Below, piece after piece: positions 44,395 to 53,539 of a stretch of 64,000 nucleotides of DNA. The stretch comes from Armatimonadota bacterium (lineage in GTDB: Bacteria; Armatimonadota; SYMT01). The translations under genes and the position numbers were made by a program. The stretch lies in contig JAWLHY010000013.1 of NCBI GenBank assembly GCA_041690135.1, positions 180,921 to 244,920 on the forward strand, given 5' to 3'. The notes beneath the pieces were generated by a model that made no database searches, was not told where the DNA came from, and saw nothing but the letters and a program-made list of their open reading frames with translations. Each line of letters begins with the position of its first letter. The stretch's first letter is position 1.

Positions 44395-45366
44395 ATGGCC
44401 CCCAACCTGGAGAACCGAATGCAAGTCGCCGAAGCCCGTGCCCTGATCCAGCAGATGGTCCAAGAGATCGAGACGGTGATCGTGGGCAAACGCCTGGTAG
44501 TGGAGCGCTCGTTGGTCGCTCTCCTGGCGCAAGGTCATCTGCTGGTCGAGGATGTTCCGGGTACCGGTAAGACGATGCTGGCCCGCGCGATGTCGCGCTC
44601 CATCGACGGTACCTTTCGGCGCATCCAGTTCACACCGGACTTGCTGCCCGCCGACATTACGGGCACCTCCATCTACAACCAGAAGGAAGGTGAGTTCGAG
44701 TTCCGGCCGGGGCCGGTGTTCGCCAATATCGTTCTGGCCGATGAGATCAACCGCGCCACGCCGAAGACCCAGTCCAGCCTGTTGGAGGCGATGGAGGAGT
44801 TCCAGGTAACGGCCGACGGGATCACTCGCCCCCTACCCCGTCCCTTCTTTGTTATTGCCACGCAGAATAACGTGGAGTACCAGGGTACTTTTCCCCTGCC
44901 CGAGTCGCAGTTGGACCGGTTCGTGATGCGTCTTTCGATGGGCTATCCCGCGCCGCGTGACGAAGTGGCCATCCTGGGACGGCAGACCCACGGCCACCCG
45001 ATTGAGAACGTGAAGCCGGTGGTGACGGCGGAGCAGGTGGAGTCTCTCCGGAACCTCATCCACGATGTGCGCGTTTCGGAGGCAACCCGCGAGTATATCG
45101 TGGACCTCATCAATGCCACGCGCGAGTCTCCCCAACTTGCCCTGGGCGCCAGCACTCGGGCCTCGATCGACCTGATGCGTGCTTCCCAGGTGCTCGCGAT
45201 GACCGAGGGACGGGACTTCGTGCTGCCTGATGATGTGAAGGCTTTGGCGGAAAACGTTCTCGCCCACCGGCTCATCATTAACCCCGAGGCGCGGCTGCGA
45301 AAGATCGATGCCGGCCAGGTCGTCCGCGACCTCCTCCGCCAGGTGCCCGTGCCGGTTGTTTCATAG
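44395..45366 (+). CDS. moxR: MoxR family AAA+ ATPase
   Basis: EDVPGTGKT, RIQFTPDLLPAD, LADEINRATPKTQSSLLEAM, FPLPESQLDRF. Confidence 0.93.
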   Translation: MAPNLENRMQVAEARALIQQMVQEIETVIVGKRLVVERSLVALLAQGHLLVEDVPGTGKTMLARAMSRSIDGTFRRIQFTPDLLPADITGTSIYNQKEGEFEFRPGPVFANIVLADEINRATPKTQSSLLEAMEEFQVTADGITRPLPRPFFVIATQNNVEYQGTFPLPESQLDRFVMRLSMGYPAPRDEVAILGRQTHGHPIENVKPVVTAEQVESLRNLIHDVRVSEATREYIVDLINATRESPQLALGASTRASIDLMRASQVLAMTEGRDFVLPDDVKALAENVLAHRLIINPEARLRKIDAGQVVRDLLRQVPVPVVS

Positions 45367-45528
45367 GGAAACAGAGTGAAGGATCTCCTCACGACCTCCG
45401 TTCTATTCTCCAGTCAGGCCAACTCAGCACCCGCCGTGGTCCTTAGTGTGGACTCGCCGATTGCATCGGCGCCTCGCGATCTTGCCCCCGCCTTCCGTCC
45501 TGACACACGGAACTTGCCCTGCAGAGCA

Positions 45529-45555
45529 CGTCATCCTGAACGGAGTGAAGGATCC
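45529..45555. repeat. REP-like palindrome GTCATCCTGAACGGAGTGAAGGATC
   Basis: Read directly; partial copy GAGTGAAGGATCT at about 45374. Confidence 0.55.
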
Positions 45556-45666
45556 ACTAGCGACCTTGCCTCCGGCTCCCGTCTCGCCGGCCCAGCGCCC
45601 GCACTTCGGGAGTGTTCCCCAGTGTCGCAGTAAGCTCTGCGGCCAATTCCCTTCAGAGGTTCCCCC

Positions 45667-46677
45667 GTGCCCGCGCCACAGATCTCTGTTCTGATCCTGG
45701 TCTATAACGCCGAGGTGACACTGGATGAGGCCCTGGAGTCGGTTCGGAGACAGACCTTCGAAGACTGGGAGGCACTGGTCGTCGACGATGGTTCGACGGA
45801 TGAAACCCCGCGGATGTTGGAGGCGTGGGCGCGGCGGGATCCCCGCTTCCGTGTAATTCAAAACGAGCGGAACCTGGGGATCGTCCCCAGCCTGAACCGG
45901 GCCATTGCCGAGGCTCGCGCGCCACTCCTGGCGCGGATGGATGCAGATGACGTGGCGCTCCCCAACCGGTTCGAGAGGCAGTTGGATCGGATCTCCCGCG
46001 GGGACGTGGCGGCGGTGGGCTGTTTTGTCCGCTACTTCCCCGAAGAAAGTGTGGCGGAAGGCGCTCGGCGCTATGCCGCGTGGCTGAACTCCCTGGTGAC
46101 TCCCGAAGAGCACGACCGCGACCTCTTCGTGGAGTGTCCCCTCGCCCACCCCACCATGCTCCTCCGCTCCGAGGCCGTGCGTGCCGTCGGCGGTTACCAG
46201 GACCACGGTTGGCCGGAGGACTACGACCTCTTGCTGCGTCTCTGGATGGCCGGGCACCGGATGGCCAAAGTCCCCGAAGTCCTCCTCCTCTGGCGGGAGA
46301 GCCCAACCCGGACCTCCCGCACCCGGCCGGAGTATTCGCTGCCCCAGTTTCCGCGCTGCAAAGCGCACTACCTGCGGCGGAGCGTGCTGCGCGAGAAGGC
46401 CGCACTGATCTTCGGCGCCGGCCCTACCGGCAAAGACCTGGCCCGCGCGCTCCTGGCCGAGGGGGCGACGGTCCATGCCTTCGTGGATATCGATCCGCGC
46501 AAGGTCGGCCGGCGTATCTACGGTCTTCCGGTTCTGGATCGGGAAGAGGGATTGCCTCTCCGGGGCCGCTGCTTCGGCCTGGCGGCCATGGGCCGGGCCG
46601 AGAGCCGGGAACAGCTCCGCCGGTTCCTCCGCGAGAATGGGTGGGAGGAACCGGCGGACTTTCGCTGTGTGGGATGA
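45667..46677 (+). CDS. Glycosyltransferase family 2
   Basis: VVDDGSTD, ARMDADD, LAHPT, PEDYDL; C-terminal Rossmann-like IFGAGPTGK. Confidence 0.9.
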   Translation: MPAPQISVLILVYNAEVTLDEALESVRRQTFEDWEALVVDDGSTDETPRMLEAWARRDPRFRVIQNERNLGIVPSLNRAIAEARAPLLARMDADDVALPNRFERQLDRISRGDVAAVGCFVRYFPEESVAEGARRYAAWLNSLVTPEEHDRDLFVECPLAHPTMLLRSEAVRAVGGYQDHGWPEDYDLLLRLWMAGHRMAKVPEVLLLWRESPTRTSRTRPEYSLPQFPRCKAHYLRRSVLREKAALIFGAGPTGKDLARALLAEGATVHAFVDIDPRKVGRRIYGLPVLDREEGLPLRGRCFGLAAMGRAESREQLRRFLRENGWEEPADFRCVG

Positions 46678-46691
46678 GGGAAGGCGTACCT

Positions 46692-47650
46692 TTACTTACG
46701 GCGCGGCGCTCGCACGGCCAACCGGTTTTCAACGAGGTAGAAACCGGGCAACTGATCCACGGTCTGCTCGGCGATCAGGGCGGCGCGCTCCTGCATGAAG
46801 CGGCTGGTGGCGGTGCCCGACAGGATGACCTCGCCATCCTCCACGGTAACGGTGATCCGGTTCGGCGCCTTCTTCAGGGCCACGTCCTCCGCGAGTGCCT
46901 TGCGCACCGCGGTGACCACCGTGGCGGGGTCAGCCGGTTCCGTAACGGCGCCGCCCTCCGCTCCCGCGCCCTCCGCCCCAGCGAGGCCCTCTTTGAAGCC
47001 CTGGGCGAAGAGTTCCATCAATCCGCCGCCCCCGGTTTTCGCCAGCAACTCCAGCTCCCGTTTCAAGTCGAAGGGTCGGAAGTCCGTCAGTGCGCCGATG
47101 CTGCGAACGTTCACGAGCGCCAGCGAGAGCTCCGAATCCTCTTTTAAGCTCCCACCCAGCAGGCTATCCACGTCCGGCTCTTTGTTCTCCGCGCCCGCCT
47201 TGAGCGCCAACTCCATCAGGCTGCTCTGCTGCGGTTGGTAGCGGTAGGTCACCAGAAAGGTTTCCGGTCCGATCGCGACCGTTTGCCCGCGCGTGTAATG
47301 AACGGGCTTGGCGCCACCCCCGCCCGAGCCTCCGAACATCGACGACATCACCATCATGCCGAGTGCAGCATCGGCTCCCGGAGCTTTACCTTTCTCGCCT
47401 GCCTGGGACATCATGCCGAGCTGCATCAACTGCTTCAACATATCGCCGGATTCGTTCGCCGGCCCACCGGCTGAATGCCTACGTAGCGCCATTCGCTCGT
47501 GAGTTCCTTGAGCTTGAGGGTGGGCGGCAGTCCGGCCCCCACCGGGCGCGGCGAGGGGATTCCCTGCTGGGCACTCGCCGGTAGTGCCAGCGCGGCAGTC
47601 TTCCCCACGATCACCAATCCTACTCGGCTCTGCCTGTCTCGCATCCGCAT
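46692..47650 (-). pseudogene. Secreted BON-domain protein split by an apparent frameshift near 47460-47490
   Basis: Signal-peptide ORF (MRMRDRQSRV...ASAQQ...LKLKELTSEWRY) stops at 47435 while an overlapping frame continues into DMLKQLMQ...ITVTVEDGEVILSG...VENRLAV (BON). Confidence 0.6.
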
Positions 47651-47842
47651 GCAGTCCTCCCTTGCGTTCCGATTAACTACGCTCAATCTTTTGGCAGTAT
47701 ACAGTGGCCAAGCACTTCCTGCCCCGGCTTTTCTCGCCCTGCCAATCCGCTCGGACGACCGTGTAGAAAAACATGGAGTGGGGCGGGCGTCTCACCCGCC
47801 ACGGTAGCCGGTGGAGAGCGCAGAGCACAGTGGGATCCAAAC

Positions 47843-47876
47843 AAAAAAGGGCCGGCTTCTTTCGAAGTCGGCCCTT
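47843..47876 (-). terminator. Intrinsic terminator
   Basis: GGGCCGGCTTC-TTTC-GAAGTCGGCCC with A6 on the + strand (T6 on -). Confidence 0.8.
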
Positions 47877-47908
47877 CCGTTATGACTACGGGTTTCCCCG
47901 GTGTTCTT

Positions 47909-48049
47909 CTATCCTACCCGGCTCCGGGTTCCATCCAGGTTTTCACCTGCATTCCGCCCCCTACCGGCAGCAACCGGCTGTTGCGCCAGCCGCTGGAAGG
48001 CCCATCCCAGACCAAAGAAGTCCAGGAAGTACCGCCAGAATGCGCTCAT
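47909..48049 (-). CDS. Small protein, 46 aa (not in ORF track)
   Basis: MSAFWRYFLDFFGLGWAFQRLAQQPVAAGRGRNAGENLDGTRSRVG*; GGGAAGGGAG SD upstream; terminator 30 bp downstream. Confidence 0.5.
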   Translation of the reverse strand: MSAFWRYFLDFFGLGWAFQRLAQQPVAAGRGRNAGENLDGTRSRVG

Positions 48050-48268
48050 CCGCTTGTCTCCCTTCCCGACTGCTCGCGTACGCCAGTTTATCCGGCCGGA
48101 GCGCAGAACGAAACTCCGTTCTTTACGTAGTTTCGCCTACGGGGGCCGCTCCTGGCGAGAGGCGCCGCACTCCGCGGATGTGAAAGGGGTCACACCCCGA
48201 AGCTCTACCCATTACAACCCGAGCAGTACCCCGTGGGTTCCCCCTTTTTGCGAGCGGGTCGTTGGCTG

Positions 48269-49444
48269 TTACCAGCGGGGATTGCGCGGCTCCCAGTGGG
48301 GATCGTACTTCTGGCGCATGTATTCGGCGTCGCTGCGCTTGGTGAGGCCGCAGCGGTGATAGTCTTCGGTCATCCGGGCGACCTGGTCCTCGTCCACCGT
48401 TATCCCGAGCCCGGGACCTTCGGGAACGCTCATCATGCCGTCGGCGAAAGTAGGCTTTCCACCTACCAGGATGTCTTGTTCCAGCCACACGTAGTGGGTG
48501 TCACAGGCGTAGGTGAGGTGCGGCGTGGCCGCCGCCGCATGGAGCATGGCCGCCAGGCTGATGCCGAGGTGGCTGTTGCTGTGCATCGACACGCCCAGTC
48601 CCCATACCTGACAGATGCGGGACATCTCTTTGGTAGCAAGCAGCCCACCCCAGTAGTGGTGGTCCGACAGCACCACGTCCACGGAGTGCAGGCGAATGGC
48701 TTCGGGGAAGTGGTCGAACGCGACCAGGCACATGTTGGTGGAGAGCGGAACGTTCACGTGGCGGTTGACCTCCGCCATGCCTTCCAGTCCCGAAGTCGGG
48801 TCCTCCAGGTACTCCAGGTCTCCTTCCAACTCCCGGCCGACCCGGATCGAGGTTTCCACGCTCCAGATCGCATTGGGGTCGAGCCGGAGGCGGAAATCCG
48901 GACCGAACTCCTGGCGCATCAGGCGGATGGAGGCGATCTCCTCGTCTGGGGGAAGTACTCCCCCCTTCAGCTTGAGCGAGCGGAAGCCGTGCTCCGCCAC
49001 CATGCGCTTTGCCTGCGTGACGATAGCTTCGGGCGTAAGGCATTCCCCGTACTGCGGGCAATCAAAGTGGTAGAAGAGGTAGGCGGAGAACTCGATTGGG
49101 TTCCGCAACTTGCCGCCCAGCAGATTGTAGACAGGCTGGTTGAGGGCCTGACCCACCAGATCCAGAAAGGCGACCTCCAGTCCGGCCACGGTCCGCGGGT
49201 CAGGCACGCGCAGCCGCAAAGCCTCAATGGCGAACGGGTCCGCGCCGATCACCAGGTCCCGGACCGCCTCCAGAGCTTCCTGCGGCGCGCTGCCGCCGTA
49301 CGTTTCTCCCCACCCGACCAGGCCTTCATCGGTGGTCAGTTTGATGAGCGTCCGCAGCGCGAACGGCTCGTGAACCCCGACGGAGTTCCGGAGCGGCGGG
49401 TCCGGAAAAGCCACCGAGATGATTTGCATGTCGACGATTTTCAT
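48269..49444 (-). CDS. Glucarate dehydratase-like enolase superfamily protein
   Basis: KLKGG, RLDPN, YLEDP, DHHYWGG, MHSNSHLGISLAAM. Confidence 0.85.
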   Translation of the reverse strand: MKIVDMQIISVAFPDPPLRNSVGVHEPFALRTLIKLTTDEGLVGWGETYGGSAPQEALEAVRDLVIGADPFAIEALRLRVPDPRTVAGLEVAFLDLVGQALNQPVYNLLGGKLRNPIEFSAYLFYHFDCPQYGECLTPEAIVTQAKRMVAEHGFRSLKLKGGVLPPDEEIASIRLMRQEFGPDFRLRLDPNAIWSVETSIRVGRELEGDLEYLEDPTSGLEGMAEVNRHVNVPLSTNMCLVAFDHFPEAIRLHSVDVVLSDHHYWGGLLATKEMSRICQVWGLGVSMHSNSHLGISLAAMLHAAAATPHLTYACDTHYVWLEQDILVGGKPTFADGMMSVPEGPGLGITVDEDQVARMTEDYHRCGLTKRSDAEYMRQKYDPHWEPRNPRW

Positions 49445-49576
49445 CAGTGAAAACTCCCGGTGTCAGTTGGGTACGGGCGCCGAAAGCCCTCCTCAAGTTG
49501 GGCAGTATGGCGTTCGGGTGTTCGGGCGTTCAGGCATTCGGGTAGTCAGGTCTCAAGTTGCGGACAGCATAAGCAA

Positions 49577-49622
49577 GAAGGCGTGAGGGGTTGAGAACTG
49601 CTTCCCAACCCCTCACGCCTTC
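49577..49622. terminator. 17-bp perfect hairpin downstream of trxA, possible terminator
   Basis: GAAGGCGTGAGGGGTTG...CAACCCCTCACGCCTTC; weak T tail. Confidence 0.5.
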
Positions 49623-49700
49623 ACCTCCGGCGCTCAACACACTACCTACTGATTTACCCCACAGAGGACCCCGAACGCCTGCAAGCCTGAACGCCTGAAC

Positions 49701-49916
49701 GATGTTGTTGGTAAATTCCCCAAGATCGGCTGCAGTTGCACTGCAGCCGGAACGCTTCGTGCGCAGTTGCACTGCGCCGCTCCCGACCTGGTGTCGGCAT
49801 TGGCGAGCCGGGTGTGCTGCGACGAATGTGAGACCACGGGCTTCCGCAGTGCAACTGCGGGACGAAGGCTTTCGCGGGCAGTGCAACTGCCCGCGATCGA
49901 GTTTCCCAACAGCATC
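49701..49916. mobile_element. 216-bp MITE-like element with four internal GCAGTTGCACTGC palindromes
   Basis: 18-bp imperfect terminal inverted repeats; flanked on both sides by CTGAAC of the octamer repeat. Confidence 0.6.
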
Positions 49917-49945
49917 CTGAACGCCTGAACGCCTGAACGCCTGAA

Positions 49946-50272
49946 CTACAAGTGCTGGTTCAGTCGCTCGACGATGCGCTGCTTGGGATGTCCCGCGCCG
50001 ACGATCTGGTCAACGACCTTGCCGCCCTTGAAGACCATCAGCACCGGAATCGTCATCACGCCGTAGCGGGTCGCGACGGGGCCGGCATCGTCCGTATTGC
50101 ACTTCACCACCTTGACCTTGCCGGCCATATCGGCCGCCACGGCCTCCACGGTGGGGGTCAGCATCCGGCAGGGGCCGCACCAGGGCGCCCAGAAATCCAC
50201 CAACACCGGAATATCGGAGTTCAGGACTTCCGCTTCCCAGTTGTTGTCATTCACTTCGAGCAGATTCGCCAT
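49946..50272 (-). CDS. trxA: Thioredoxin
   Basis: VLVDFWAPWCGPC; AGGAG SD before MANLL. Confidence 0.95.
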   Translation of the reverse strand: MANLLEVNDNNWEAEVLNSDIPVLVDFWAPWCGPCRMLTPTVEAVAADMAGKVKVVKCNTDDAGPVATRYGVMTIPVLMVFKGGKVVDQIVGAGHPKQRIVERLNQHL

Positions 50273-50389
50273 ACCCTTCTCCTGTTCGTCTTGGAAACGG
50301 AGACCGGGAAGGCCGGTCTCCCGGCGGTCCTGGCTCCAACGACCTTCAACCACACTCGATCGGATCTCACGGACCCGTTAGGGAATCCG

Positions 50390-50563
50390 TCACCCGGATG
50401 GGGCGCACGCGCTATCGCGCGGAGCGGCTACCACGGAGAGCACGCGGCGCGCCTGTTCGTTGCCGCACCGCGGACAGCGGCTCGGCTGATCCATCTCGCG
50501 GATCGGGCGCAGCCGGCTGAACTTCTCCCGGCACTCCGGACACACGTATTCGTAAATGGGCAT
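50390..50563 (-). CDS. FmdB family zinc-ribbon protein, possibly extended by Sec readthrough (not in ORF track)
   Basis: MPIYEYVCPECREKF...CPRCGNEQARRVLS...SACAPSG(TGA); MPIYEY-CxxC...CPxCG is the family signature. Confidence 0.88.
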   Translation of the reverse strand: MPIYEYVCPECREKFSRLRPIREMDQPSRCPRCGNEQARRVLSVVAAPRDSACAPSG

Positions 50564-50633
50564 CCTTCCGAAACCTGTTCACTTTTCTCGACCGGTTGGG
50601 AAGCAACCCCCACCTTCACCGTCGGAAGGGATT

Positions 50634-52202
50634 TTATCCCTGCCCCTGGGGGGTGTCAACGCGGGGGGAAGGGCGATCCCGTCTCCGGTAGACGCGGAAC
50701 CGACCGTATTTGCCCTCTTCCCGGTACTGCCGAAACCGGAACGCCGCGAGGGGTTCCGCCCAGGCCGGTCGAGTAAGAGGTGTAGGCGGCTCCCACTCCA
50801 CCCAGTATAGAGGCGGAGTGCCACGCAGGTCGTCCAGCATCTCTGCCAGCCACACCTTCCGCCGGGACTCGCGGATGCTGGTCTCACCGAACAACGGCGC
50901 ATCCGAGGCATGCCGGGTCGGCGCCTGCAGTCCGCTGTAAAGGTAGACATGCGGCTCGAAGCCCAGCACCAGGAGCCGATCACCTGGTGCCGCGTGCGCC
51001 GCGACGTGGGCCGCAGCGTCCATCCCCTCTGCCACCGAGTAGTCAAATACACCTCGGAACCGGCGGTGATAGTCTTGAAGCGTGGTCCGGCCGGACAGCA
51101 CGTCCAGGCTTGGCAGCCACGAAGGGACCTGTCGTGCCAGGGGAAAGAGGACCAGCGCCGCCCCAAGCGCCACGACCGGCACCCGGAGTGAGTGTACCCG
51201 GAAACGTCCTGGCCGGATCCTCCCCCACCCCAGTCGTAACAGACCGTCGGCGGCCAGGAAGGCAGCGGCCGGGGTAAGGACCGACCAGTGGTAGAGGTAG
51301 AACCGCCGCTGGAGCACGATCTGGGCCAGGGCCAGCGCCCACCAGGTCGCAATCACCCACCGCACGCGAGTGGGGCGCGTTTCGTCCCGGAGCCACGGGA
51401 CCAAAACGAGGGTGCTAACCACCACCAGTGGGAGATAGGTCGTCAGCCCCAGGGCATGTACGAGGTCCAGCGGGTTCAAACCGGCGGTCCGCGGGTCGCC
51501 GCCGGCGTACTCGGATTGAACGCGGACCAACTCCCACAGGTAAGGCAGCCCATCCCTCGCGGCGAAATAGAGTACGAATGCTAGAGGAACGCAGGCCGTC
51601 CCCACCAGGAGGTGCACGAGGTCCCGCCGGCAGAGACGTTGCTGGTTGGCCGCACCGGGAGAGCCGGGGAGAAGTGCAGCCAGGGCCAGCGCCGGGATGA
51701 AGAGCACCGCAGTGGTTTTGAGTGAGGCTGCGGTGCCGATGAGGAGCCCTGCCCCGATATACCGGCCGCGCAACGCCATCAATACCGCCGCTGCCGCCAG
51801 GGGACCGATCAGCGTTTCCGTCTGGGCGAGATTCCAGTAGTCCAGCGCGCCAAAGGTGTAGAGACCCAGTAGCACCGGTGCGAACAAAACGGTGGGATGG
51901 TGATGCTTGTCACCGCCGGTGAGTTGTTCGCCGAGGAGCACGAGCACCCAGGCCGCCCCGCCGGCGGCGATCAGATCGAGAAGCCGAGGGCCCCACGCCA
52001 CTGACCCGACGAGGGCATACACCGCATAGATGCCGGGAAGCTTGACGTCCCAGGCGTCGCGGTAAGGCAGTCCGCCCTCGCGCCACACCGCGCCGACGTA
52101 GGCGAACATCGCCTGGTCGCGCCCATAGGGGAAGAGCAGCGTCGGTAAGGCCAGGAGCAGGATCGCCAGCATGCCAATCCCGAATGCCCGTTGGGAGTTC
52201 AT
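50634..52202 (-). CDS. Polytopic membrane glycosyltransferase (GT-C, ArnT/PMT-like)
   Basis: GRDQAMFAY, PYRDAWDVKLPGIY, AQTE, many TM segments, FYLYHW. Confidence 0.75.
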   Translation of the reverse strand: MNSQRAFGIGMLAILLLALPTLLFPYGRDQAMFAYVGAVWREGGLPYRDAWDVKLPGIYAVYALVGSVAWGPRLLDLIAAGGAAWVLVLLGEQLTGGDKHHHPTVLFAPVLLGLYTFGALDYWNLAQTETLIGPLAAAAVLMALRGRYIGAGLLIGTAASLKTTAVLFIPALALAALLPGSPGAANQQRLCRRDLVHLLVGTACVPLAFVLYFAARDGLPYLWELVRVQSEYAGGDPRTAGLNPLDLVHALGLTTYLPLVVVSTLVLVPWLRDETRPTRVRWVIATWWALALAQIVLQRRFYLYHWSVLTPAAAFLAADGLLRLGWGRIRPGRFRVHSLRVPVVALGAALVLFPLARQVPSWLPSLDVLSGRTTLQDYHRRFRGVFDYSVAEGMDAAAHVAAHAAPGDRLLVLGFEPHVYLYSGLQAPTRHASDAPLFGETSIRESRRKVWLAEMLDDLRGTPPLYWVEWEPPTPLTRPAWAEPLAAFRFRQYREEGKYGRFRVYRRRDRPSPRVDTPQGQG

Positions 52203-52567
52203 CGCAGTTGCCGGCACAGTGTCCGCAGGTATCTCAGGCTGTCGCTCAACGGCCCGCACCTGCTCTGCGCCTCGGCGGAGAAGGCTCTTGGTGAAGAGTA
52301 TGGGCGTTGTCCTCGCAACTGTTTTGACCCCTCGGCACGAACTTGCTTCTCCAGCGCGGTCAGTGAGGCCTGCCGGAGTGACGGCGCCCATGCCTCAGTG
52401 AACCGGGAACCTCGGCTTGTAGTCAAGCGCTTTAGCGCTGTCCGCACCCGCGACAAGGGATCCGGCGCCCGTCCCCCGGTGAAACGTCAACGCGGCGAGC
52501 GCCATCTCCACGAACCAGTGGTTGCCCACAAGTTCGCAAGCACCCGGGCTACTCCCAATTCTGACAG

Positions 52568-52602
52568 AAAAAAGAACGGGAGCGCCGCATCCGGCGCTCC
52601 CG
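52568..52602 (-). terminator. Intrinsic terminator after the DUF1559 gene
   Basis: CGGGAGCGCC-GCATCC-GGCGCTCCCG with an A run on the + strand. Confidence 0.75.
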
Positions 52603-52628
52603 CTCCGACGAGCCACCGTGGTGGAAGA

Positions 52629-53294
52629 CTACGGCTGGCGGAAATTGATGATCTTCAGAGAGCTAACCTTCTGGTGCTTTACGTGCCCATCCGCAAAGGC
52701 CGCGATGTAGCCGTTGTTGTGACGGTTGTATTCGAGAAGGTAACCAGCGGACATCGCCGGCACCCACTCTGCGGCCGGCGTGTCTCCGCTGTCCTCGATT
52801 CCGGCATCGCTTTCGACTGAATGCAGAAGGGCGACCAGTTCTGCCGGGGCCTGGATTCCGGCTTCGTGGCGGTTGGCATAGCCCGTTGGGTTCCGGTTGA
52901 TGGCATAGCTCGACCAGAAGGGGGAGGAGCAGATATCGGTAGTATTCCCGGCTGCGTCCAGAATAGGAGTTCGGAACTGCAGCGGTTGGGACGGGCACTT
53001 GAAGAGTTGCCAGTTTTTGACGTAGGGCTGCAGCAGGGCCCGGTAATCCCAATAGTAGTTGACGGCAGCGGTAGGCGAACCACCGGCATCGCAGTCGGCG
53101 TGGAAGGGGCTGATGCCATCGTAATCCTGGGTGTAGGCGGTGGCCGCAAGCATCAACTGCTTCAAATTGCTTTGGCAGGCGCTGGTGCGAGCCGCCTCGC
53201 GGGCTCGGGCAAAGACGGGGAAGAGGATGGCAGCGAGAATGGCGATAATGGCTATCACCACGAGTAGTTCGATGAGCGTGAAGGCGCGCCTCAT
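52629..53294 (-). CDS. Prepilin-type N-terminal cleavage / DUF1559 / H-X9-DG protein
   Basis: [56 protein letters not shown]. Confidence 0.92.
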   Translation of the reverse strand: MRRAFTLIELLVVIAIIAILAAILFPVFARAREAARTSACQSNLKQLMLAATAYTQDYDGISPFHADCDAGGSPTAAVNYYWDYRALLQPYVKNWQLFKCPSQPLQFRTPILDAAGNTTDICSSPFWSSYAINRNPTGYANRHEAGIQAPAELVALLHSVESDAGIEDSGDTPAAEWVPAMSAGYLLEYNRHNNGYIAAFADGHVKHQKVSSLKIINFRQP

Positions 53295-53441
53295 CAAGGG
53301 ATCTCCTTTGATACGTTAGAAATGGCGGGCTACTTGTCGCATGACAAGGCAGCTGATTGCCAGCTTGTGCTAAAGAATATCGCAATCCTGAATGGTTGAC
53401 GACGATTTTCGCGGGTCTCCAGAGGGAGTGGGAGAGACGAC

Positions 53442-53470
53442 AAAAGGCCGCGGATGGCGATCCGCGGCCT
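53442..53470 (-). terminator. Probable terminator of the XPB operon
   Basis: AGGCCGCGGAT-GGCG-ATCCGCGGCCT with AAAA on the + strand. Confidence 0.65.
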
Positions 53471-53539
53471 CGACAAGGCTTCTCTGTGCTCGGTATCCCT
53501 TGCGGCCGGAAGTGTGGATTTCCAGCCCGGCCAGGCGCG

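Noticed and set aside
44395-45366. moxR without adjacent DUF58/vWA partner
   Set aside because: Stand-alone moxR paralogues are common; partners may be elsewhere.
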